Both the position numbers and the translations under genes were made by a program. This document shows positions 48,117 to 57,645 of a stretch of DNA of 57,645 nt, one piece after another. Position 1 is the first letter of the stretch; each line of letters starts with the position of its first letter. Source of the DNA: Reclinomonas americana ATCC 50394 (Eukaryota); NCBI GenBank assembly GCA_048213135.1, contig PS015105.1:53638-111282 (forward strand), given 5' to 3'. The notes under the pieces are model-generated. The model ran no database searches. It saw nothing but the letters and a program-made list of their open reading frames with translations, and was not told the origin of the DNA.

Positions 48117-49327
48117 CTATGACATTGGCTTGCGAGCGTGACAGGCCCACAGCTTGGCGCCACTTTCCAGCACAATGTACTCGGAGCGTACCAGGAGCCA
48201 CTGCTGCTCGACGTGCGGACCGAATAGCGACGCGTGAGCACGTTCCGAACTGACGCCAGAAAACAGGAGAAACGAGCCGCCTGGTCGAAGGCATCGATGG
48301 ACGACGCTCACGGCTGCAAGAAAAAGAAGAAGGGAGAGGTGAGCGACGCTCCTCGACCGCGGGGGAAGGGAAGCGCGACGCACAGTCACGAATGATGGCA
48401 TCGTCGGCAGAAAAGGCGGTCCACAGAGCGTCGAGCCCGCCCTTGTCGAGCACCAGGTCGATCGATGCCTCGCGAAACACCAGGTCCTGAAAGCGAGAGC
48501 ACACGGCATCCACCTGCGCGGAGCGATCGGAGGCACGCTGCTGTCGTTGCGCCAGGAGCAGACCTGCACCAACAGTCAGTTCATGCAGTTTACTCGCCAA
48601 CGAGCGTTCCGGATCCGCACCACTCGCCGCAATGTCGGTGTTGATCACGTGCCCGCACCACGCCTCCTCGGCCAGCCGATGCCCGACATCCGACGATCCG
48701 GCGCCCATGTGCACGCACACCAGTGCCTCCGCGGCCTCCACGCTCGCCACAGCCGCCCGCACAAACGACTGCACAGCCTCGTAGCCGGCGTACCACTCGT
48801 ATGAGCGACCATTGCTGTCGACGTAGAAGCTCTCCCAGTACGCTGGCTCCACGAATGGATCGACGCCCGATCGCCACGCTTCGCGAGTGCACGCTCGAAG
48901 CAGCTCCGCACACTCGTGGTGGTCGCGCATCAAGGCCACTGCGCGCATGTTACGCCTCAGCCAGCGAGCAAGCCACAAACAGAGAGAACGCAACGAAAGA
49001 GTGGTGTCTGCCCGAATGCAGTCTCCGCCTCGACACATGACTCAAACAGACGCCAGTGTTGCCTCAACAGCTCGAGGCACTCTGTGTGTCCTTCGAAGGC
49101 GCACGCATGGATGGCGTTGCGATGCGTGGACGGGTCGAGGAACACGGACTCTGTGTGGCCAGTCAGCAGCAAGCGAGCGATAGGAGGAGATGAGAAAGAT
49201 GTCGACCTTGGCATTGTGCATCGTCCGGGTCAGTGGAGGAGAGCAGCTGGCTTATACACGCGACGTCGCCGACCTCGCAGGCGAGGTACAGCCGCTCACC
49301 CATCGCCGCGAGCGCAAACGAGTTGTC
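48117..49327 (-). CDS. Ankyrin-repeat + class I methyltransferase (EEF1AKMT4/METTL12/METTL13-like) fusion; 5' end uncertain
   Basis: Ankyrin-like LYLACEVGDVAC, NAIHACAFEGHTECLELL and GQTPLF/LALMRDHHECAELL, spliced in phase to YWESFY...YEWY, VHMGAGSS, INTDI, DLVLDKGGLDAL and LRPGGSF. Confidence 0.82.
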
Positions 49328-49431
49328 CTGCGCACAAGAAAAATGTCGGCAGGTGGGTCGGCGCCGTCACCAGCAACGACCCGCACTGTCACTGTGCGCT
49401 TTCGCGCGGAGCAGGTGTGTGTAGGAGATAC

Positions 49432-49655
49432 CTCTCTCTCTCTCTCTCTCTCTCACTCTCTCTCTCTCTCTCTCTCGTCTCGTCTCGTCGTCGTCGTCGT
49501 CGTACGTCGTACGTCGTACGTCGTACGTACGTACGTCGTCGTCGTNNNNNNNNNNNNNNNNNNNNCCGGCCGGTCCGTACCACCGACGACGAACCGACCC
49601 GACCACGTCGTACTCGTGTCGCGTTCGTTCGTCGGCGGCGACGTGTGTGTGTAGA

Positions 49656-49692
<37 letters not shown>
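49432..49692. repeat. (CT)n and CGT/CGTA microsatellites around a 20-N gap
   Basis: Directly visible. Confidence 0.85.
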
Positions 49693-49694
<2 letters not shown>

Positions 49695-49877
49695 TGTCGG
49701 CGTTGCGTTCCTGAACGATCAAGCAGGTGACTGCAGAGTGGGCAGAGGTATCTTCCGGGGCCTCCATCCGCGGTCTCATTGGCCAGCTGCTGTCAGTGCC
49801 TCGAGAGTCACTGAAGCTCAGTTGAGTCGGCGGTCTCTCCCTCGCTGCATGCCGATCTCTCACGAGAGAGAATTGTC

Positions 49878-50186
49878 ATGATCATGGCAGTCGATGGTTC
49901 GCGAGTGTTGACGGATGACGATCTGGCGGCCTTTTCTGGGCACGTGCTGATGGCCATGGGCACAAGGGTGGATCCGGCCACCGACTGCTCACCCGAATCC
50001 ATTCAGCTGATCATGCGTTGCGCACAATTGAACACACTTGTTAGTGCTTCCGATTTCGTGAGTGTGTTGATCGTGCCTGGATGTGCAGAGCAAATGCCGG
50101 GTGTGACACGCGATGCTGTGATTGCGGCACTTCGCCGGCACAAGCACGATGTGGTCGATGCCATTCTCGATCTCGGCAACTCGTAA
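49878..50186 (+). CDS. Small protein with NAC-alpha/HYPK-type UBA domain
   Basis: After removing intron 50017-50088: IQLIMQQMPGVTRDAVIAALRRHKHDVVDAILDL. Confidence 0.75.
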   Translation: MIMAVDGSRVLTDDDLAAFSGHVLMAMGTRVDPATDCSPESIQLIMRCAQLNTLVSASDFVSVLIVPGCAEQMPGVTRDAVIAALRRHKHDVVDAILDLGNS

Positions 50187-50369
50187 GTAAACGTCGGTCT
50201 TTTTTCGGTTTTATCAGGGGCAGTCGTCCACAAGGAGAAGGAGGCGGAAAGAACAACGACCGAGATAGGTCAAGCGAGGCACAGTGGTGTGCACTCGAAT
50301 GTATAAAGCGGGGAGAGAGAAAGGAAGGGAGGAAAGGATTGTACGCAGCAACAGACACCAGAGAACATA

Positions 50370-53300
50370 TTAGCAGCATCCACTCTTCTTGCGACCGGCG
50401 GCCGTCAGCTGCGGTTGCGTCGGGTCGTCCAGCACACTGTGACGTGACCTATCAGAGGAGAACAGAACGACACGAATGATGAGGGTCAGCGACAGGAGCA
50501 GTGGCACCAAACGCAAGGAATGGACGCAACGGCGGTCGAGCCAGCTCCTCCGGCGTCTTGCGCGCAATCAGCGCCAGCGTAAAGTCAGCCACAATGTCCT
50601 GCAGGTGCTTGGGCGTGTCGGCCACCGCCGAGGCGCGGAAGACTTTTGTGAGACCCTCGCTTCGGCACAGACGGGCTATTTGGTGCTCAGGAACCGTCGC
50701 CGGCAAGTCGGCCTTGTTGACCACGATCGATTCCATGAACAGCTCGCCACCCTGCCGCCGTGCAGACTCGGCAATGGCCGCTCGCTTCCAGTGCGGAATC
50801 GCCTGTGTGCGACAACACCAAACATGAGCTCATTCCCATCTCCATCATGGACGATCACGGCCACCAGCACACCTCCAGTGACGAGGGATCAGACTGATCG
50901 AACATGAACATGATGCCGTCGGCACGGTTAAAGTAGTTGCCGAGCAGCTTGCACTCGCGATCCGAGCCTTGCGTGTCCATGAGCTGCGTGCAGCAACAAT
51001 GGTGAGACACGCTGTGCACCGGCTCTACAAGATCTGCACACCGACTTCCATGACGCACCCTGACCAGAGTGACCGACTCGTCGGGGTGTCGGAGGCGCAG
51101 AATCACCACATCCACACCGACGGTAGGTGTGGTCGCTGCACAATCGCATCGCGGATGCGTGTGAGAAGGAGAAACGATAATGATTCTGATTCCATGCGTG
51201 TCATGCACTCACCAGCAACGTGCTTGCCAGTCGAGTTGGCACAGAAATGGCTCTTGCCCACAGACGAGTTACCGATGAGCAAAATCGTGACAGTGCGGCG
51301 AGCCTTGACGCCACCGCTCTCGTCCTATACCCACATGAGTAACATAAAGGTCAAAAGGCCGACAAGAGCACTCGTACCATGAATTGCAGCTCCTGTGCCT
51401 CCGCGCTCGGCTCATTGAACAGCGAGCCACCACGCTTGGCCAGCCACTCATCATCCAGTCGGCGCAGGTCCTCCTGCATCGCAACCGAGTGAATCGACTG
51501 ACTTCAACAACGTGACAAGGAAATACAACCAACCTCAGTCAACTCTACGGCTTCAACGGCCTCCTCCACCGCCTGCTCAAGAGAAAGACAGAGAATTGGC
51601 TACTGCTCAAAATGTGGATCTCACGAATGGAAACCGCACCTCCGAAGCACCAGTCGCGACACTGCCAGCAGCCTCACCGGCAGCGGCCGATGCATGCGAC
51701 GCAGTGGCATCGGCGCGGTGCACCAAGTTACGCTGTCACACACAACAAGCACGAATAAGACAAGATTCGTGTGGTGAATATGACGAGCAGTGACAACACA
51801 CCAGTCCCTCGGTGACCGTGCCCGTGGCCGAGTGCACACGAGATGCGGCCGAGTCACGCAAGTGCTCAGCCTCGTGGGCGGCCTTGGCGCGAGCCTCTTC
51901 CGCGGCCTTCTGTGCACGCTCAGCCTGTGCATGCGCCTCCTGTGCAGCCTTGGCGCGAGCCTCTTCAGCCGCCTTTTGCGCATGCTCCGCCTGCGCGTGC
52001 GCCTCCTGCTCAGCCTTGGCACGAGCCTCCTGTGCAGCCTTCTCTGCGCGCTCCGCCTGAGCGTGAGCCTCCTGCGCAGCCTTGGCACGAGCCTCCTCAG
52101 CGGCCTTTTGTGCATGCTCCGCCTGTGCATGCGCCTCCTGCGCAGCCTTGGCACGAGCCTCCTCAGCGGCCTTGCGCACTCGCTCCGCTTCAGCATGCGC
52201 CTCCTGCTCGGCCTTGGCACGAGCCTCCTGCGCAGCCTTGGCTGCACGCTCCTCCTGCGCACGCACCTCAGCCTCAGCAGCCTGTGCCTTGGCGCGGGCA
52301 TCGTGCTCAGCCTTGGCACGAGCCTCCTCGGCCGCCTTGCGCACACGCTCTTCCTCGGCATGCGCTTCGTGCTCAGCCTTTCGGCGAGCCTCCGCTGCCT
52401 TGGCCTCGGCTTCTGTGCGAACCTTCTCCCGCTCAGCAACAGCGTCGTCCACGGCGTGATGAGCCTTTTCTCCGGCAGCCTTCTCCGCCTCGTGCACCGC
52501 ACCCTGTGTGAGCGCCGCGAATCAGTGAAATCTCACACGCGCACAGTGTGTGAAACCACGCGCACCTCTGCAGCACCAGCAGCCTTCTCGCCCTCTCCCA
52601 CCATGTGCGCACGGAAAAAGTCCTGGTGAATGGCAGGAGTGTCTCCCAGCTTCGCCTTGTTCTCCAAGCGCAATTCGTGGGCCAAACGCTGTCATCGTTC
52701 CACAACTCCCCCCGCATCAGCAACCGAAAATCTCCCAGCAGCGTGAGAAGGATACACACCTCGGCCTCTGCGTCCACTGCATCCTGCGCAGACGCCGTCG
52801 CCGTGGTGGTCGCTGCCGGCGCATCACCCATCACCTGATTGTCGAGTATGAGTGTCATGACAAGAGTGATCCCGACGTGAGAGAGAGTGGGTGGACAAGT
52901 AACACACCGCCGAGGCCACAATACTCGACGCCACTGCTCCGGTCTCCTCCGAGTCCGACTGCAGAGAGTGTGCGCGGGAAGAACAAGTGAGTGCAGAAGT
53001 CGACAATGGCTGGACATGTTCCCCGCGTGACCTCGAGGCTCTCCGGCGACAAGTACACAACACCCCTCACTCATGTGCCAGGAAAGAGCGCGCACAAACA
53101 TCGCGACTCGCAAGATCATCGATGCAGTTGTCGGAATACACACATTGTATCTTCCTCACACACGCCCACTCCCCTGCTTCCTCTCTGTCTCTCACACACA
53201 GAGACCACAACATACCTCAGTGCCAGAAGCATCAGAGTTCTCAGCACTCTGCACACAGAGAGAGAGACAGAGGACATATTATGAGTTGCAAGATTGCGAT

Positions 53301-53430
53301 TGAAGACAAGTCTCGTCACGCAACCGCTGCAGCCTTCTCCGCGGCCGGTGCACTCTCCGCACCACCCTTCTTTCCTCCCTCTGCGCACAAACACAAACAC
53401 ACACGCGAGTGGCGTCAGTCGCGTCGACAT
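50370..53430 (-). CDS. Large Rab-like GTPase: acidic N-terminus, 22-aa helical repeats, C-terminal Rab domain ending KKSGCC; start uncertain
   Basis: Phase-0 exons 51732-51640, 51572-51534 and 51473-51378 link the repeat exon to G1 GNSSVGKS, G2 PTVGVD, G3 DTQGS, G4 NKAD, G5 ASA and the CC prenylation motif. Confidence 0.8.
51870..52400 (-). repeat. Coding tandem repeat, 66-nt period (AEEARAKAAQEAHAQAEHAQKA)
   Basis: gccttggcNcgagcctc recurs at 66-nt spacing (51881, 51947, 52013, ~52079, ~52145). Confidence 0.92.
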
Positions 53431-53633
53431 TACGACATGGCCAAACAACATAAACTGAACATGAAAGAGCAAAAAACACACAAGCAGGCAAGTGTCGAAA
53501 GACAGTGAGTGGAGACGCAACTCTTCTTGCGGCGATTCGACGGCATGGCGTGTGGCGATCAAACAAAAGTGCGATGGTTTGCTTGGTGGACAAATGCATG
53601 CGCACGAGCACCACTGTCCATCACCTGTTTGCG

Positions 53634-55014
53634 ATGGCGGCGACAGAGGCAGCGGGCCCTCAGTCGCCCTCTCGCGTTATTCTATGGAAAGACCCCGTGT
53701 CGGGTGCCGAGGCGCGGCAACGACGAGTGATGATAACCCCGCGCGCGTTGCAGATTTCTCCGTTGTCNNNNNNNNNNNNNNNNNNNNNNNNNNNNNNNNN
53801 NNNNNNNNNNNNNNNNNNNNNNNNNNNNNNNNNNNNNNNNNNNNNNNNNNNNNNNNNNNNNNNNNNNNNNNNNNNNNNNNNNNNNNNNNNNNNNNNNNNN
53901 NNNNNNNNNNNNNNNNNNNNNNNNNNCGCGGAGGGAGGCGAGAGGCAAGAGGTGTTGTTGGAGCGAGCGGTGCAGGCGCATTGGTGGCAGTCGGTGTGGC
54001 ACATGCCGACGGCGTTGTGGGTGCGTGTTGAGAGAGAGAGCGTTCTCTGTGGTCTGTCGCTCATGCGTGGTTTTAGGTGTGTTACTGGACGGGTGTGTCG
54101 GTGCATGGGGGTGTTTTGGTGCTGTGTGCGCTGCTGGCGGCGAGTGGAATCTGCTTGCTGGCTGGCCTCGCCAACGCCCCAATGCTTCTGCTGGCGTACG
54201 CCATGGTGTCGTCGCTCAGTGCTGTCGGGTACACGATGTTTGGCGCGTTTGGCGATCAGCTGGTGAGTGCAGAACAAGGCGAGGGTGGCATACCTCCACA
54301 TATTCTCATGTGATAGGAAACTCGTAGTTGCTGGAGATCTGTTTCCTTGGTGCACTCGCTGCGCCGTGGTGGTCCACTGGCGTCTTTGCTTCGGGCACAC
54401 CGGAACTGTCGCGCATCGCGCAGTGGCTGTTTCGGTGGCTCTCGAGTCGATTAGCCGCTGGTTTGCATTCCCCCACTGTCTGATTTTTTTGTGGGCGCTC
54501 ACTTCCACTCCCACACAGCTCCGCTGATCGGCAAAGTGGCGGCGGCGCGATGCGCGCTCGACAATGCATGCGTGTGGAACGCGCTGGTGGCCACGAGGTA
54601 AGTCCGCGTCGCTGCATGAGCTCACTTGCGTGCCCGCTCACGGGTGTTCCACACTGCAGCGATCCTTCATCGCCACTGGCCAACGCCGCCGTCATGTGGT
54701 CGCTGACGCTGTTGCGTTGACAGTGCTGCCGGTGCAATCGATGTTTCCTTCTCGCTCACCCTCGTTGTTCATGCAGACCGCTTCTGCTCCTGATTCCACA
54801 CTTTGTGCCACAACGCGTCGCTGCATTGGCGGTGCTGGTGGACGCTGTCGCAGTGCAGCCGTCGCTACTGTCCATTCTGCGCGTTCTTGCTGCGTTGTGG
54901 TCACTGGACGACGGCGTGCTGCACGTCGTGTCGCCTCCGTGGTTGCGCAGCAAGTACGACGAAGTGTGCCGGAGATTAGATCAGCAACAGCAACAACAAC
55001 AACAACCACAATGA
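53634..55014 (+). CDS. Hypothetical multi-pass membrane protein, exon structure partly unresolved
   Basis: Hydrophobic segments VLVLCALLAASGICLLAGL, MLLLAYAMVSSLSAV and AALAVLVDAVAVQPSLLSILRVLAALW. Poly-Q end; internal gap. Confidence 0.5.
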
Positions 55015-55205
55015 ACTCTATAGGTTGGTTGGGAGACCTATCATTGACTTCTTGTGTGTATTCACGGCTTCGATACAACACGAACATTCAGATGGCGACG
55101 CAGTGCCGCCGCCACCGACAGACTTTAACAGGGTACAACAACAAAACACTCATCTCGCCGCTGTTAGAATTACACGATGCCCCTCCCTTCCACCTCCTGC
55201 GACAC

Positions 55206-57645
55206 TCAAGTGGCCACCGCCGATGGCCGCCGGTGTGTGGAAGTGGTGAGGCGCAGCAGCGGTGACATGGGTGGTTGCGTGAGACTCGTTGAACTTCTCG
55301 ACATGGGCGAGCCTGCGCTGGCCACGGATCCGGAGCGTGGTCGTTGCCTCGACCCAGTCGGCGACGAACCGAAGTCCTCCACCACGCTAAAGCGAATGCC
55401 AACACGCTTCGGGGTCTTCTCATTGTCGGCATTTGGTGACGCGGCGGGTGAGGGTGGTGCCACCAGTGGAGTCGCCTTGAGTACGGTGGCCTCGTCTGGC
55501 GGCGGGCAGCTGCTGCCTGTGGCGCGTGGAAAGTTAGTATCCCTTGACCGGCATCTTGTCGGGGAGAAAAGAAAAACAACAACGCAACTGCGACGGTTCT
55601 TCGGGTTCAAGTACGACAGCACTTCCTTCTTCAGATCCACGTCGACGCCGCGCAGAGCTGCACCGCCGGCTCGAAGAAGCTGATGCCGCTCCCGCATGTA
55701 GTCGGGCGTCACATGCACGGTGCGCGAGGTTGCTGTCACCGGCGCCGATTGCGCCTTGCTAGTTGCTGTACGCAGCTTCGAGCTGGCGCCGTCGCCGACG
55801 CCGCCCGATTTGATGGCAAACGAGCTGATCATGGTCGGTTCTGGCGGGCCCAGCGAGGCCGGCGCACTGTGCAACTTGAGTTTGTCGACCGGTGTCGACT
55901 TGACCGGAAGCACGGGAACGGAGGATTCGGGAGATGCACGCCGCACGACCGGCAGCAGCTTTGACACCAGTTGGGAGCGCTCGTGGAGACGAGCATTCGT
56001 CGCCGGCTGCATGACGGGCTGGAGTGTCTGTGCCAGCGCTCTGCGGCACGATGACGAAGGAGAATAGTGAGCGACTGGTCCAGCAGCAAAGGAGCAATCA
56101 TAGGCAACTCAACGACATGGGAATCTCGTCCGAGGCCGACATCGCATCATCAAACACGGTGTCGTCGATCGTGGCCGCCAGGTCCTCCACTGGAGTCAGC
56201 GGTCGGAGCGTCAGTTTGTCCACAGGGAACAGCGGTTCCTGCATTTCTGGGCGTGAGCGCATAGACTACGCAAGCATCACCTGGGGTGGCACAATGGCGA
56301 CGCACCAACTCAATCTTGGATGCCGTGTCCAGCGGTTGCGTGATCGGTCGTACCATGATACGCCTCTCCAAGTACAACTGCTCAATGTAGTCGCGGAACT
56401 TGCGTGCTGCACGGAAAAATGAGCACTACGACAACAGAAAGGGCATGAGAGTGTATGGCAAGGACGCACCACAATCGTGCTGGTTGGCGAAACGAGCGGG
56501 GTCCGGCAACTCCAACGCCTTGTGCATCTCCTTGCGCTCCATGTTCACTGAGGAATGGGGAAGATAAGAGAGAGAGAGCAAGTCAGTGGCCACTGTGTGG
56601 AAGCAGAAAAATGCACGGGACGACCAACCTTTGGGAGTGGTCGACAATGCCTTGGGGTGGGTGGGCAAGTCGGTTCCCGAGTTCGGCAGCACCAAGTGCT
56701 GCGCCTGCACCGAGGCCCACACATCGAGCTCGGCCAGCTTGCGCAGGAAGTTGTTCTGCATGCGCATGAACAGTCGATGGTACTTGGTGGTCGCCGTACG
56801 GAAGCCGCGGTCGAACTCGTCGGCAATCTTGCGATCCTCAAAGCCGAGATCGGACTCAGCACGCACCTCGGCCCGTCGCCATTGACTGGCGATTTGCACC
56901 ACGCGCGTGTTGAGGATGCGCGCCTCGCGATTGCCGTACGCCACCACCTCGGCCAACTGCTTGGACTGCAGCTCGGCGTGGCGGGCAGCCGACGTCGATG
57001 TCTTCAGCGAGTTGATGTGTCCCTCGTGTAGTGTGCGCTGCACTTCCAAGTCGTGCATCTCCTGGTAATTCTTCGGACTCTGGAAGGCGCGCACGCGGTC
57101 CTCGGCGGCATCCAGATGCACGTCGAGCTCGTACTTGCTCTTTTTCTGCATCACTCATGGTCAGCACATGGAAGTCTCTCTCTCTTGCGCGGGAGCGAGA
57201 AACCAACCGTCAATGCCTCGCGCTGCACTCGTGCCTGCTCCTCCAGAACGTGGTGTGCGCCCTTGTAGTTTTGCACCAGCGTGAATGCCTCCTCCAAAAA
57301 GGCGTTCTCCAAGTCCTCCTTGGCCACCTTGAATTGCGCGTACAGATGGTCGTAGTGCAGCTCTGCCACGTCGCAAATCATGCGCGACCGCGCCTGCACA
57401 AACAGCGTGTACACGTCGTAGCGGTGTTCGGCGCGCGAGTCTTGCAGGCGGCGACGCAGTTCTTGCAGGTAGAGTTGGTAGGTCTGTGCGCAGGCGATGA
57501 GTCCACGAGCATTGAACAAACACAAGGAGACACACATGTGGGCGTCACCTGTTCGCTCTGCATCATACGCGTGAGTTGCTGACCCAGCTGGATGCGGTGG
57601 AGAAGCGCCTTGTCGGGCAACGCCGCCAGTCGCAGCTCCAACGCT
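55206..57645 (-). CDS. Hypothetical helical/coiled-coil protein with Ser/Pro-rich tail; 5' end outside the window, stop uncertain
   Basis: In-phase exons (LTRMMQSEQ/TYQLYLQELRR..., REALT/KKSKYELD..., STTPK/VNMERKEM). Confidence 0.65.

Noticed and set aside
49486-49625. Palindromic CGTACG repeat cluster
   Set aside because: Microsatellite adjoining a 20-N gap. It may be a gap-edge artefact, and there is no evidence of function.
51790-52629. Antisense and alternate-frame ORFs over the 66-nt repeat; CRISPR-like appearance
   Set aside because: Shadow frames of a coding tandem repeat. There are no unique spacers or cas genes, and the context is eukaryotic.
53032-53040. Possible 9-nt microexon (SLE) in the large Rab N-terminus
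   Set aside because: Phase-neutral, so not required to keep the frame. It cannot be supported without cDNA.

Overview
Gene-dense, GC-rich nuclear DNA from an intron-rich unicellular eukaryote (standard code; lineage not identifiable from this window). It is not prokaryotic, and most of the supplied six-frame ORFs are fragments or shadows of spliced genes. By manual splicing (mostly 60-110 nt GT-AG introns) I recover about 22 protein-coding genes: DOHH, a BET/GTE bromodomain-ET protein, a GOST (GPR107/TMEM87-like) 7TM protein, ERG8-type phosphomevalonate kinase, a diacylglycerol kinase, a TPR protein, an ASH2L-type PHD-winged-helix plus BAH protein, a CDCA3-like protein, a giant coiled-coil protein, oligopeptidase B, an AHSA1/START protein, otubain, an ankyrin-methyltransferase, a NAC/HYPK-type UBA protein and several unknowns. 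The most notable items are: (1) a free-standing, spliceosomal-intron-containing His-Cys-box (I-PpoI-like) nuclease gene; (2) a 'giant Rab' in which a 22-aa repeat helical stalk is spliced in frame to an atypical Rab GTPase; (3) a secreted protein resembling bacterial PT-barrel (LynF/TruF-like) proteins; (4) a probable 4-nt microexon; (5) a recurrent shifted GTTGCG splice-donor class; (6) a tandemly duplicated exon. Assembly gaps lie at 1458-2137, 4403-4996, 6492-6843, 7961-7980, 24240-24946, 32330-33174, 49546-49565 and 53768-53926. No rRNA, tRNA, CRISPR array or transposase was recognised. All family calls come from motif recognition, not database searches.
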